64,000 nucleotides of DNA from Bacteroidales bacterium (lineage in GTDB: Bacteria > Bacteroidota > Bacteroidia > Bacteroidales > VadinHA17). Shown piece after piece: positions 17,421 through 27,675 of the stretch. A program made the position numbers and the translations under genes. The DNA lies in contig DATALC010000059.1 of assembly GCA_036261265.1 (NCBI GenBank), positions 11,124 through 75,123 on the forward strand. The letters run 5' to 3'. How positions within the stretch are numbered: position 1 is the stretch's first letter; every line of letters begins with the position of its first letter. The notes below the pieces were generated by a model. The model had not been told where the DNA came from. It saw only the letters and a program-made list of their open reading frames with translations, and searched no databases.

Positions 17421-20400
17421 CTACTTCCTGAATGTCAGGTTTTCGAAAAACCTGACTGTTTTCCCGAGAATATCATAATAAAGAATAATATACAAAGCAA
17501 CAGTACTAAGCAGAACAAGGCAAATATTGAAGGTGAAAGTATCAGTTTTAATTCCGAAAATATATTTTGAAGGAGCGAAAAAATGTGTTCTGAAGTCCAT
17601 TGGTCCCTTCTTTGCAGGATCGAGATAAATCGGATCAGTATTTTGTATCAGGCTGTTATTGTATACGAGAATTTTCTTTCGTTCATAAGGTTTGGTTACG
17701 ATCTCTTTAAGGCTGTAGTTATAATAATCATTTTCAAGCCTCTTTAATTTTGAACTATACTTGTTATAGAACATGTCAATTTTGTCGTTAGCGGAGTTTG
17801 ATATCCTGCTGAAGAACCTGTCAGCTTTATCGAGGTAAAGAGTGACTGAATCGGCAACAACGGTATTGAAGCTTTCCGGCTGAAGTTTTTCAACTAATTC
17901 AAACTCAGCCATCCCATCAATAGAAGATAGCTTCTCAAGCTCGTTTTTAAGAAGCTTAAGCTTTCCTGCATATCCTTTTTCTTTTAGATCTCCCGTCTCT
18001 TTTACTGTTAAAGAATTAACAGATCTCTCAGGCATGATTTTTTTCAGCGCTTCACGCAGGGCAGGTATCCTGTGGATCTTGTTGAAGTTTGCTTCGCTTA
18101 TCTTCTTTTGAAGATCATAAAATGTTTCACCTTCCTTATCGTATACTGTCCTGCTGTAAACATTATCCTTGAACTGGGAGACAATTAACGCCTCATAAGT
18201 CCATCGTGTCGGCATAACCTCCGCAATCACCGGCACAACCTCAACATTTCCTATTTTCCTGTTAAGCTTATCAAACGGGAACATTGCTCCGCTGAGCACC
18301 ATCATCGGGATTATGAGGATGGGGATAACTATATATATTGTAATTGCTGAATTGAAAGATGCCGAGATGTTCAGACCTATCATGTTTGCACAGAATGATG
18401 TTGTGAAGAGTGCAAGCCAGTATGTAAGGAACATTCCTTTTATTCCAAGTATTTCGTTTGCAATAATTATGAAGAGAAACGTCTGAATTGCAGAAATGAT
18501 CATCAGTATCCCTGTTTTTGACAGAAGATAGCTCGACCTGCTCAGATTCAGAAAATGTTCGCGCTTGAGTATTTTCCTGTCATGAAAGATCTCTTCCGCG
18601 CTTATCGTCAGGCCAAGGAAAAGGGCCACTATAAGGCTCATGAAAATGTAAATGGGGATATTCTCGTTCTCGGCAAACACATATTCATCTGAAACGGGAT
18701 CAGGAATATACCTTATTATTATTGAAAGGACAAAACCAAGGGCCGGCGCTTCGAGTAATGTAAGAAGTATATATTGTGTATTCGAGAGCTTTCCGAGAAA
18801 ATCTCTTTTGATGTAGATCCTGAACTGATCAAGCTTCGAGGGTCGATCAAGGTTGCTATGTGGTTTTTCTGATATTTCAGGTGGCGAAACAAAAGGATGC
18901 AGTGACTTAAATGAAGCAGCCCATTCTTCGGGTTTCACTTTCCTGTCTTCAGTGTACTGGCCGAATTCATCAACTACCTGGGTCTCTATTATATTAAATA
19001 TTGTTTCAGGATTGACATTTCCGCAGGAAGGGCATTCCCCGATATTTGCATTGATCTGGGCATCTATTTTTTTGAAGTATACAACGGCATCAACAGGATT
19101 TCCCGAATATGCCATCCAACCGCCTCTGTCAAGGATGATCACTTTATCGAACATCTTGAAGATACCTGATGAAGGCTGGTGTATAACTGAAAAGATAAGT
19201 TTCCCTTTCAGGCTGAGATCGCGAAGCAGATCCATGAGATTAGCTGAATCGCGTGAAGAAAGTCCTGAAGTAGGCTCGTCAAGAAAAAGAATCAGGGGCT
19301 CCCGGATGAGCTCAAGCGCGATATTCAGCCTTTTTCTCTGCCCCCCGCTTATCATTTTATTAAAAACCGATCCTACCTTCAGGTTTCGTTTTTCTGAAAG
19401 ACCGAGTGAGGACAGTGTATGATCTACAATCCCGGTTATTTCATTTTTTGTTTTGCTGCCGAAGCACTGGCATGCGGCAAAGTAAAGGTTTTCAAAGACT
19501 GTAAGGTCTTCAATAAGTAAATCGTCCTGGGGCACATAGCCTATAACGCCCTCAAGAGCTGTACTTCCAACAGGAAGCCCGTTAATCCTGATCGTTCCGG
19601 AAGATGGCCTTTGTATTCCGCTCAGGATATTAAGTAATGTTGTTTTACCTGAGCCACTGGCGCCCATTATCCCGACAAGATTACCAGTTTCGGCAGAGAA
19701 GCTTATGTTGTTAACTGCTGTTGTACCGTCACTGAACCTGAATGTGAGATTTTCAGCGATGAAAGATACCTTGTTCTGTTGAAGGTCAGTATGGAAAAGT
19801 GAATTAATATCACTGTAATATATAGCATTTCCCTGTTCAGATTTTAATGAGCTTCCTTTCGGAAATATATAAACAACACCTGCTAAAATTGGAAGCCCGT
19901 TAAGATAAAGCTGGTCTATTGAGCTATACCTTATGAAATAAAGATCGACGCTTGAAATTCTCAGGATGATTATTGTTGTCCCGATATAACCCGACTGCAT
20001 CTTCTTTTTCAGCGGATTGTCCCTGTTTGCTCTTCCAAGGACGAGTATAGCAGGGTTTCTCAGGTTTTCAAAATCATCATTCTTAATGAATTGCTCGATT
20101 GCCAAAAAGTCCTTGGGAGAGATCCTGAAAACTTCAGCAACAGTATTCAGCACATTCATTCTCTGGGCTGTGAACTGCCTGTTGGCATTTATAAGCTCAT
20201 ACAACCTCATGAGGACAACTACCTTCTGTTCCCTGTTTAGTGTCCTGTTTATCTGTTTGCAGATACCGAAAATCTTGACTGAGTCTTTTACAGAGGGAGC
20301 CGCATGGACTCCTGCTTCATTTCTGCTGCTTACAGGACCGGCATGCTGATCGAACAAAGACATGTATTCATCAACTGCTTCTCTTGTGAGCTGCTTATTA

Positions 20401-20504
20401 AGAAAAGCCCATACATATTCCCTTTCACTTGAAAGTATGCCACCATCCTGCTTTGCAACAAGAGCAAATAATTCCATTAAGGCCTTCAGGATCTCTTCAC
20501 TCAT
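17421..20504 (-). CDS. ABCG-type (ABC-2) transporter, fused ATPase-permease with a TerB-like N-terminal domain and a long C-terminal extension
   Basis: 1027 aa. Walker A is GASGSGKTTLLN, the signature is ISGGQRKRLNIA and Walker B is ILFLDEPTSGLS. Six TM segments follow. The N-terminal ~60 aa (LFALVAKQDGGILSSEREYV) are TerB/DjlA-N-like. A C-terminal tail of about 270 aa ends in one TM segment. Confidence 0.85.
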   Translation of the reverse strand: MSEEILKALMELFALVAKQDGGILSSEREYVWAFLNKQLTREAVDEYMSLFDQHAGPVSSRNEAGVHAAPSVKDSVKIFGICKQINRTLNREQKVVVLMRLYELINANRQFTAQRMNVLNTVAEVFRISPKDFLAIEQFIKNDDFENLRNPAILVLGRANRDNPLKKKMQSGYIGTTIIILRISSVDLYFIRYSSIDQLYLNGLPILAGVVYIFPKGSSLKSEQGNAIYYSDINSLFHTDLQQNKVSFIAENLTFRFSDGTTAVNNISFSAETGNLVGIMGASGSGKTTLLNILSGIQRPSSGTIRINGLPVGSTALEGVIGYVPQDDLLIEDLTVFENLYFAACQCFGSKTKNEITGIVDHTLSSLGLSEKRNLKVGSVFNKMISGGQRKRLNIALELIREPLILFLDEPTSGLSSRDSANLMDLLRDLSLKGKLIFSVIHQPSSGIFKMFDKVIILDRGGWMAYSGNPVDAVVYFKKIDAQINANIGECPSCGNVNPETIFNIIETQVVDEFGQYTEDRKVKPEEWAASFKSLHPFVSPPEISEKPHSNLDRPSKLDQFRIYIKRDFLGKLSNTQYILLTLLEAPALGFVLSIIIRYIPDPVSDEYVFAENENIPIYIFMSLIVALFLGLTISAEEIFHDRKILKREHFLNLSRSSYLLSKTGILMIISAIQTFLFIIIANEILGIKGMFLTYWLALFTTSFCANMIGLNISASFNSAITIYIVIPILIIPMMVLSGAMFPFDKLNRKIGNVEVVPVIAEVMPTRWTYEALIVSQFKDNVYSRTVYDKEGETFYDLQKKISEANFNKIHRIPALREALKKIMPERSVNSLTVKETGDLKEKGYAGKLKLLKNELEKLSSIDGMAEFELVEKLQPESFNTVVADSVTLYLDKADRFFSRISNSANDKIDMFYNKYSSKLKRLENDYYNYSLKEIVTKPYERKKILVYNNSLIQNTDPIYLDPAKKGPMDFRTHFFAPSKYIFGIKTDTFTFNICLVLLSTVALYIILYYDILGKTVRFFENLTFRK

Positions 20505-20556
20505 AAAGAAGGGCTAAAAATTCCATTCCTGGAATCGAAGTTATGAAAAATACTCG

Positions 20557-21660
20557 TTATTTACCGGTACGCTTATGTATAAATTTTGATGAAACCCAGG
20601 CGGGCAGGATTATAATACCTGCAAGAAGGAATGGATAATATGAGATAACTCTCCATATCAGGGCCATTGCAATAGATATTCCCTGTGCGTGGACCTGATC
20701 TACAGGTATCAGATCTGAAATGTATCTTCCCAGAATAAGTTCTGCAAACCCGGCTCCTCCCGGCGTCGGACTGACAATCATCATTATCCATAGAACAAGC
20801 TGCCTCGCAAATATCAGAAGATGATCAGATACTTTAAAAAATGCCAGTAGAATTGCATTCACTGTAAGATATCTTGCCGTCCAGGAGATAAAAGTGTAGA
20901 AAGATGCACTCCACCAGAATGAAAATGATTGATCTTTCAGCTCATCTGATGCATTAACAATATCATCGCCTGCCTTTACTGCTGAATTATGCCATTTCCT
21001 GAGGAAAGGTATTCTGACGATGAAAATGAGTGACTTCTTTATTGCCTGTGGTCTTATAAATAAACCGTATCCAACAAACAGAACCCAGGCAAGGATTATT
21101 GCATAACCGATGAAAGCCACGACAACAAGATTGTTCATGATCTCGGTTCCGGCGCTTTGAAAAGATGTGATGAATATTGATTTCCAGTCAATAAGGATAA
21201 GTAAAAGCGGGAACATTATGATAAAATACAATTCATCCAGAAATGATGTCAGAAGAATGGCTGATGCACTTTTCCCTGCACTTATTCCTTCTTTGTTAAG
21301 AAAGATTACTGCAAATGCTGTTCCTCCGACTGTTGATGGAGTTATTGCTGATGTGAACTCCCATAACAGGATAATGCGCAGCGATTGTAACCACGAAATA
21401 TTATTCCCTGTTATCGATCTGATCCGTGCCATGTAACCAAAAGTCCTGATAAGGACAAAGAGTATTGCAACAAAAAGCCAGAAGGCTGATTCCCATGTAA
21501 ATGTAATCTCCTTCAGCGAATCAAGGTTCACATCTTTAAGGATGAACCATAGAACTACTCCCAGACCAATAAGCACCGGAAGCAGGATCTTTACAGGCTT
21601 AAGCCTCCTGATCATTCCATAATCATCACCATCAGAATTACCCGGTAACTTTTCGGTCAT
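20557..21660 (-). CDS. flippase-like membrane protein (LPG_synthase_TM / UPF0104 family)
   Basis: 367 aa with about 8 TM segments. The characteristic SPTPGGAGFAE motif is present. Confidence 0.75.
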   Translation of the reverse strand: MTEKLPGNSDGDDYGMIRRLKPVKILLPVLIGLGVVLWFILKDVNLDSLKEITFTWESAFWLFVAILFVLIRTFGYMARIRSITGNNISWLQSLRIILLWEFTSAITPSTVGGTAFAVIFLNKEGISAGKSASAILLTSFLDELYFIIMFPLLLILIDWKSIFITSFQSAGTEIMNNLVVVAFIGYAIILAWVLFVGYGLFIRPQAIKKSLIFIVRIPFLRKWHNSAVKAGDDIVNASDELKDQSFSFWWSASFYTFISWTARYLTVNAILLAFFKVSDHLLIFARQLVLWIMMIVSPTPGGAGFAELILGRYISDLIPVDQVHAQGISIAMALIWRVISYYPFLLAGIIILPAWVSSKFIHKRTGK

Positions 21661-21833
21661 TAAAAAGATTTTTTAAAAGGGTTTTGTTTTATGATAAAGA
21701 TGGCAAATTTTAAGTGAAAATCAAAGGTTTCCGCAGTAACTGTCTATACTTATAAGTTCATTTTAAAAATTAATATTTATGTACTTTGCATCAAATCTGT
21801 TGTTTATACGTCTTTATGGAAAGGAATGAGAAA

Positions 21834-24518
21834 ATGAGAACTCTCGTCGCTCTGCCATTTTTTATCCTTATCACGGCAGACATATTTTGTCAGGTTACTG
21901 ATAAAAAATTATATAATGCAACACAGGTTAATGAAGCTCCTTCAATAGACGGTATTCTTAATGATAAATCATGGGAATCAGGAAACTGGATCGATGATTT
22001 CACACAGTATGAACCTTTTAACGGGAAATCTCCGTCGCAAAGGACGGAGTTCAAAATAATTTTTGATGAGGATAATCTTTATGTGGCAATTAAAGCTTTT
22101 GATAGCAGCCCTGACAGCATTGTGAGCAGGCTGACAAGGCGGGATAATATAGACGGTGACATGGCAGGCGTTATATTCGACAGTTTCCATGATCTGAGAA
22201 CAGCATTTATGTTCGGTGTCAGTTCGGGAGGTGTGAAGTATGACCAGGTCATGTCGAATGACGGGGATAATTCAGACGAGTCATGGGATCCAAACTGGTG
22301 GGTGAAGACTTCGGTTAACAATGAAGGATGGATAGCTGAGATGAAGATCCCTTTCAGCCAGCTCAGGTTTGAAAAGAGCTCAGGCGATGTATGGGGATTT
22401 GAGGTTTACAGGAGCCTTTACAGAAAGCAGGAAATGAGCTTGTGGCAGCATATCCCGAAGGATGCCTCAGGATTAATTCACATGTTCGGTGAGATTGGAG
22501 GCATCGGGAATGTGAAGCCAAGAAAAATATTTGACATAACTCCTTATGGTGTAGCTAAAGCAGAGACTTTTGAAAAAGAGGCCGGGAACCCTTTTTTAAG
22601 CAAAGGACGTAAATATGGCTTGAACGGTGGCATAGATGCTAAAATCGGCGTCACGAATAATATGACAATGGATCTTTCAATAAATCCAGACTTCGGGCAG
22701 GTAGAAGCCGACCCTTCGGTTGTGAATCTTTCTGCGTACGAGACATTTTTCCAGGAGAAAAGACCTTTCTTTATTGAAGGTAGTAACATAATCAGCTTCG
22801 GGATGGGTGTAGGCGACGGAGGAATAGGTAATGACAATCTTTTCTATTCAAGAAGGATCGGCAGACGTCCCCAGGGCGATACATACATCAATTATGGACC
22901 CGGTAAAAACAGCGAGGGTTACGCCGATTATCCGCTTAACACTTCAATTCTCGGCGCTGCAAAGCTTACAGGAAAAACAAAGGATGGACTTTCTGTCGGT
23001 TTTCTTGATGCTGTCACAGCCGGGGAAACAGCTGAGATCGATACGGGAGGTATTCGCTCGCATCAGACTGTGGAACCTCTTACAAATTTCCTTGCCGCCC
23101 GGCTTCAGAAAGACTACAATGAAGGGAATACGATCATTGGAGGAATGATAACAATGGTTAACCGTGATATGGATAACATCAGCCTTATTGGCAATGAAGA
23201 AGACAATCTTATTAACAGGTTGCCCCGGTCGGCATTTGCCGGCGGTCTCGATTTTACCCGGTATTTTAAGAAGAAAACCTACATGTTCAATATAAATTCA
23301 GCGTTCAGCAGGATTGCAGGAACAGAGCTTGCAATTGTCAGAGCCCAGAGATCATCGGCACGTTACTTTCAACGCCTCGATGGACCAGTCTCACTTGATT
23401 CATCGAGAAGAGCTCTTATGGGCAATGGCGGCAGAATACAATTCCAGAAAGTCGGAGAAGGCCATTTCAGATACCTTGCTGCTCTATTGTGGAAATCGCC
23501 AGGGCTTGAACTGAACGATATGGGATATCAGAGAGAAGCCGACCAGTTATTCGGTGTTATCTGGGTCGGATACAGGTTATGGGAACCAAAATCATTTTAC
23601 AGGAGCGTTTATCTGAATTATAATCAATACTCATCCTGGGATTTCACTGGCATGCGTCTTTTCGACGGAGGTAATATAAACGGGAACATTAATTTTAAAA
23701 ATTACTGGAGCTTCTTCGGTGGGACAGAAGTGAGCTTTAATGTAAAAGGTAATACAGCTCTAAGAGGTGGCCCGGTAATGAAGCTCCCCGGGGGAATAAA
23801 CTATTGGTTCGGAATAAACAGCGATGACAGGAAAAAGCTGGTTTACGGATTCAATAGCCAGAACTCCTATACAGCTCACAATGCCGCTCATTCGGCAAGC
23901 ATTTCACCGTTTTTAACATATAAACCGCTGAAATCGCTGACATTAAGTCTTAGCCCGTCTTACTATAAAAGTTATGATGAATTACAGTATGTAACAAAAG
24001 CTGACTATAAAGGTCCTGACAGATATGTTTTTGGAAGCATCGACCAGAAAACTATAAGCATGTCATTCCGGGTAAACTTCAACCTTACGCCTGATTTAAC
24101 GTTCCAGTACTGGGGACAGCCTTTTATAGCTTCAGGACACTACTATGAATTCAAGTATATTACTGAACCCATGGCTTCTGATTACAGGAACAGATTCAGC
24201 ATCCTGAACCCTTCAGAAAGGATCAGACCTACAGATGACTCAAATTACGGCGTTGATGAGAATATGGATGGCACAAATGAGTATTCGTTTGAAAAGCCTG
24301 ATTTCAATGTCCGCGAATTCCTTTCTAATCTTGTGCTCAGATGGGAATTCAGTCCCGGATCAACTGCATATATTGTATGGAGCCAGACGAGGAGTTATTC
24401 AGGCGAAACAGGTCAGATGGATTATTTGAATGACATTCAGGATTTATTCAGCAGAGATAAAAATACACCTCACAACATATTTCTTGTCAAATTCAGCTAC
24501 CGTTTTGGTTTGAAATAG
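21834..24518 (+). CDS. CBM9-like + DUF5916 domain protein (paralog 1)
   Basis: The signal peptide is MRTLVALPFFILITADIFCQ. The N-terminus EAPSIDGILNDKSWESGNW is CBM9/DOMON-like. The motifs NPDFGQVEADPSVVNLSAYETFFQEKRPFFIEG and FYSRRIGR are present. The listed TTG start at 21786 is probably an over-extension. Confidence 0.8.
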   Translation: MRTLVALPFFILITADIFCQVTDKKLYNATQVNEAPSIDGILNDKSWESGNWIDDFTQYEPFNGKSPSQRTEFKIIFDEDNLYVAIKAFDSSPDSIVSRLTRRDNIDGDMAGVIFDSFHDLRTAFMFGVSSGGVKYDQVMSNDGDNSDESWDPNWWVKTSVNNEGWIAEMKIPFSQLRFEKSSGDVWGFEVYRSLYRKQEMSLWQHIPKDASGLIHMFGEIGGIGNVKPRKIFDITPYGVAKAETFEKEAGNPFLSKGRKYGLNGGIDAKIGVTNNMTMDLSINPDFGQVEADPSVVNLSAYETFFQEKRPFFIEGSNIISFGMGVGDGGIGNDNLFYSRRIGRRPQGDTYINYGPGKNSEGYADYPLNTSILGAAKLTGKTKDGLSVGFLDAVTAGETAEIDTGGIRSHQTVEPLTNFLAARLQKDYNEGNTIIGGMITMVNRDMDNISLIGNEEDNLINRLPRSAFAGGLDFTRYFKKKTYMFNINSAFSRIAGTELAIVRAQRSSARYFQRLDGPVSLDSSRRALMGNGGRIQFQKVGEGHFRYLAALLWKSPGLELNDMGYQREADQLFGVIWVGYRLWEPKSFYRSVYLNYNQYSSWDFTGMRLFDGGNINGNINFKNYWSFFGGTEVSFNVKGNTALRGGPVMKLPGGINYWFGINSDDRKKLVYGFNSQNSYTAHNAAHSASISPFLTYKPLKSLTLSLSPSYYKSYDELQYVTKADYKGPDRYVFGSIDQKTISMSFRVNFNLTPDLTFQYWGQPFIASGHYYEFKYITEPMASDYRNRFSILNPSERIRPTDDSNYGVDENMDGTNEYSFEKPDFNVREFLSNLVLRWEFSPGSTAYIVWSQTRSYSGETGQMDYLNDIQDLFSRDKNTPHNIFLVKFSYRFGLK

Positions 24519-24848
24519 CGTTTTTTCAATAGCCTGTAAATCAGATGTATATCATGCTACCTGAAATTTTTTTTCAAAAAAATGAAAAAAAAGTGAAAAA
24601 ACAGGGTAACAAATCGGGGTCAATTCCTATTAAACGTATATAGGTGTTGTTTTTGAAAAGATGGCATTCAACTTTGCAAGACTCGCCAAACTTGATTCAC
24701 AACTATCTTCACATCAGGAAATTCCTACAATTTCCACCCCGGAATGCCATCTTTTTCTTTTAAAAAGTAATCAGATCGCTTTATCTTTATAATCATCTTT
24801 TCAGACTTTTTCTGGAAGAAAGTTGTTTACAAATCTTATTAAATTAGC

Positions 24849-25712
24849 ATGGATTCATCGATCAGAAAAGCAGTTTTAACTGCACAGCGAAACGAGATTA
24901 CAGAACACTTTATTTATCTGAGACTCTCTGAGAAGACTAAGGATCCGCGCAATGCAGAAGTCCTTAGAAATATTGCTGAACAGGAGCTTGCTCACGCAGA
25001 ATTCTGGAAATCAAAGACAAACATGAACATTAAACCCCGGAAATTCAGAATAATGATAACTGTTTTTCTGGCAAGGCTGCTGGGTCTTACATTCATGCTG
25101 AAACTAATGGAAAGCAGGGAGGGGACCGGTTCAAAGTTGTACAGCGATCTTTCAGTTGTTTTTCCTGAAGCAGGAAAATTATCAGAGGAAGAACGTGAAC
25201 ATGAGAGATCAATTCTTAAAATGCTGGATGAGGAAATGCTTACATACATCGGATCAATAGTCCTGGGTCTGAATGATGCGATCGTTGAACTTACAGGCGC
25301 GCTTGCAGGCTTTACACTCGCGTTGGGCGATACGAAGCTTATTTCTCTTGTTGGCCTTGTAACAGGGATTTCAGCGGCAATGTCGATGGCTGCCTCCGAC
25401 TATCTTTCAACAAAAGCGGAAGGCGATCCCAGGGCAGCACGATCAGCTCTATACACAGGTGTGTCATATATCTTAACGGTATTGCTGCTGATCCTGCCTT
25501 TTCTTCTGATGTCGGACAGGTTCGCGGCACTGGCAGTCACGCTTTCAATAGCTGTTCTGATAATCTTTTTCTTCAATTATTATATTTCGGTCACAAAAGA
25601 GCTGAACTTTACTCACAGGTTCCTCGAGATGACAACAATAAGCCTTGGTGTTGCTTCATTTTCGTTCTTAATCGGGTATATCCTAAGATCAGTTTTTAAT
25701 GTTGAGGTTTAA
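24849..25712 (+). CDS. ferritin-like (CCC1_N) + VIT1/CCC1 family iron/manganese transporter
   Basis: The N-terminal ferritin-like helices are EITEHFIYLRLS...EQELAHAEFW. The C-terminal VIT1 membrane domain includes GLNDAIVELTGALAG and AAMSMAASDYLS. Confidence 0.85.
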   Translation: MDSSIRKAVLTAQRNEITEHFIYLRLSEKTKDPRNAEVLRNIAEQELAHAEFWKSKTNMNIKPRKFRIMITVFLARLLGLTFMLKLMESREGTGSKLYSDLSVVFPEAGKLSEEEREHERSILKMLDEEMLTYIGSIVLGLNDAIVELTGALAGFTLALGDTKLISLVGLVTGISAAMSMAASDYLSTKAEGDPRAARSALYTGVSYILTVLLLILPFLLMSDRFAALAVTLSIAVLIIFFFNYYISVTKELNFTHRFLEMTTISLGVASFSFLIGYILRSVFNVEV

Positions 25713-25787
25713 TCCGGGGGATTAAATGAATACGCGGGTAAAGCTTCTCTTTCCCGGTCATAATATAAATAAATCAGATTTCAGGTT

Positions 25788-27200
25788 ATGCAAGGATGTA
25801 ACCGGTTACTTTTTAGCGCCTGTGTACTCTGCAGCACATTGTTTGCAAATTGCCAGGTTTTAAGGAATGATTTTTATCCCGCAGGAAAAGTAATAGATAC
25901 TGTAAGATGCCGGGACAATGCTCGATTCAGATATTCATTATATCTCCCTTCCAATTATTCAGACACATTAAAATGGCCTGTAATATTTGTTTTTGATCCG
26001 ATGGCAAGAAGTAAGCTTGCAACAACAGGGTTTGTCCCGGCAGCTGAGAAATACGGTTACATAATTGCTTGCTCCGGCAATTCCAGGAACCAGGTCCCCT
26101 GGGAGGAACTTTTGCCGGCAATAAATGCAATGTTTTCAGATGTTCAGTCAAAGTTCGCAATAGATACATTACAGGTTTACACAGCAGGTTTCTCAGGAGG
26201 TGCAAGGATTGCCTCTGCAATTGCTTTACAAAACACGATATTTTCAGGAGTGATTGCATGCGGAGCCGGTTTGCCAGGATCAGTTGGTGCTGATAACTTT
26301 CGTTCCTTCAATCTTATCGGGTTTGCCGGTGTGAGAGATATGAATTATGTTGAAATGTGTGAGCTTGAAAAATTTCTTGCAAATGAAGGTTCAAATATGG
26401 AGTTGAGAATCTTTGACGGGGGACATGAATGGCCTTCGCCCGATCAGCTTACAGGCGCTATAGAATGGCTCAGGCTCCAGGCAATGAGAGCAGGGAAAAA
26501 GAAGAAAGACGAGGAGTTTCTTAAAGGTCAGTTCATACATTATCAACACACTGCAGACTCCAGACTCAGAAACGGGGATCTTACAGAAGCCGCAAACCAA
26601 TATCAATACATTCTCAGGTATTTCCCGGATAACAGGTCTGTTTCAGCTATCCGAAAAAGACTCGACAGCCTTAAGGTTACAAAGGAATACATCAGAGCGG
26701 TTAAAGAACGGGAGAGGAGCATGGAGTGGGAGACCGGGAAGGAAAAGCAAATCAGTTCGGAAATTTTCGATGCTGTACAATCCGGCTCACCGGGCGACAG
26801 CATCAAGAATGTCGTTTCGGGTCAACTCAGGACAGTTAAAAACATGCAGAACAGCAAGGATCCTGATGAAAAAAATATGTCGGCGCGAATTCTTGGATTC
26901 ATTAGCCTGACATGTTATGAGTACGGTAAGAATTTTTATGACAGGAGGGATTTCAGGGCTGCTTCTGTATTTTACGGTTTCCAACTGATAATTGATCCGG
27001 AAAATAAGGCTCTACTGCTTCTTCATGCCAAAGCATGTGCTCAGTGCAGTGATGTCGAAGGATGCATTCATTCCCTCGAGAGACTTGTGAAACTGGGTTA
27101 TACAATGTCGGATTCTTTAAATGACAGGGCATTTGATCCGGTAAAGAATGATGGCAGGTTCAGGAAGATTGAGAGAAACCTGCAAGCAGCAGCGCATTAA
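25788..27200 (+). CDS. secreted esterase (PHB-depolymerase/dienelactone-hydrolase-like) with a C-terminal TPR-like region
   Basis: It has a signal peptide, VIFVFDP and the nucleophile elbow GFSGGARIA. A helical-repeat C-terminal half follows. Confidence 0.65.
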   Translation: MQGCNRLLFSACVLCSTLFANCQVLRNDFYPAGKVIDTVRCRDNARFRYSLYLPSNYSDTLKWPVIFVFDPMARSKLATTGFVPAAEKYGYIIACSGNSRNQVPWEELLPAINAMFSDVQSKFAIDTLQVYTAGFSGGARIASAIALQNTIFSGVIACGAGLPGSVGADNFRSFNLIGFAGVRDMNYVEMCELEKFLANEGSNMELRIFDGGHEWPSPDQLTGAIEWLRLQAMRAGKKKKDEEFLKGQFIHYQHTADSRLRNGDLTEAANQYQYILRYFPDNRSVSAIRKRLDSLKVTKEYIRAVKERERSMEWETGKEKQISSEIFDAVQSGSPGDSIKNVVSGQLRTVKNMQNSKDPDEKNMSARILGFISLTCYEYGKNFYDRRDFRAASVFYGFQLIIDPENKALLLLHAKACAQCSDVEGCIHSLERLVKLGYTMSDSLNDRAFDPVKNDGRFRKIERNLQAAAH

Positions 27201-27222
27201 TGAGTGGGCTCTACGGTTTATT

Positions 27223-27337
27223 TTAACCGCAAAAGGCGCAGAGTTTTAATCAACGCAGAGGGCGCAATGTAACTATTTATAAGGTAATCACATTCTGCGC
27301 TCCCTGCGTCTTTAATCTCAGCGTCCTCAGCGGTTAA
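27223..27337. repeat. imperfect ~115-bp palindromic GC-rich intergenic element (REP/MITE-like)
   Basis: The arms 27223-27270 and 27290-27337 are about 75% reverse-complementary (TTAACCGC...GCGCAGAG... / ...CTCAGCG..GCGGTTAA). The terminal 8 bp are perfect. Each arm contains (A/G)CGCAGAG sub-repeats. Confidence 0.6.
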
Positions 27338-27385
27338 TTTTAAGCAAAGTGAATCGGGCTTTTCTTCCCTGTGTCTTAATCTTAG

Positions 27386-27675
27386 ATCAACGGCCTCTCT
27401 CCAAACTTTATTCTGAAATAGGAGCCTTGTCTATCAACGGCCTCTCTCCAACCTCTCCCCTAAAGCGGGAGAGGCTTAATATTTCCAATGATAGGGAGAT
27501 TATATACCTGATAAAAGATTATTTGAATTTTGTGGGGAAGTAAAATTTAAGCGAAATTGTTCCCCGCGCCCATTGGGAGCGGGGAATTCAAGGGGTGAGG
27601 CCGGATGTAGAAGCTTTCTCTCCACTTCAGTAGCGGGCTTGCCTCAACATGCGATAGCATCGTTGGGGTGAGGCC
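27386..27675. repeat. cluster of short direct repeats and GC-rich hairpins
   Basis: A 19-bp perfect direct repeat ATCAACGGCCTCTCTCCAA occurs at 27386-27404 and 27433-27451. One hairpin is CCTCTCCC/GGGAGAGG (27452-27474) and another is TTCCCCGC/GCGGGGAA (27560-27586). An 11-bp repeat GGGGTGAGGCC occurs at 27592-27602 and 27665-27675. Confidence 0.6.

Noticed and set aside
24655-24756. yybP-ykoY (Mn2+) riboswitch upstream of the VIT1-family gene
   Set aside because: I could not find the conserved four-way-junction core sequences of that class. The element is kept as an unclassified structured leader or MITE candidate rather than called as a known riboswitch.
27349-27543. 64-aa ORF in the 27.2-27.7 kb spacer
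   Set aside because: Its translation (…SPTSPLKRERL…) is simply the read-through of the GC-rich hairpin repeats. It has no start context or protein-like composition.
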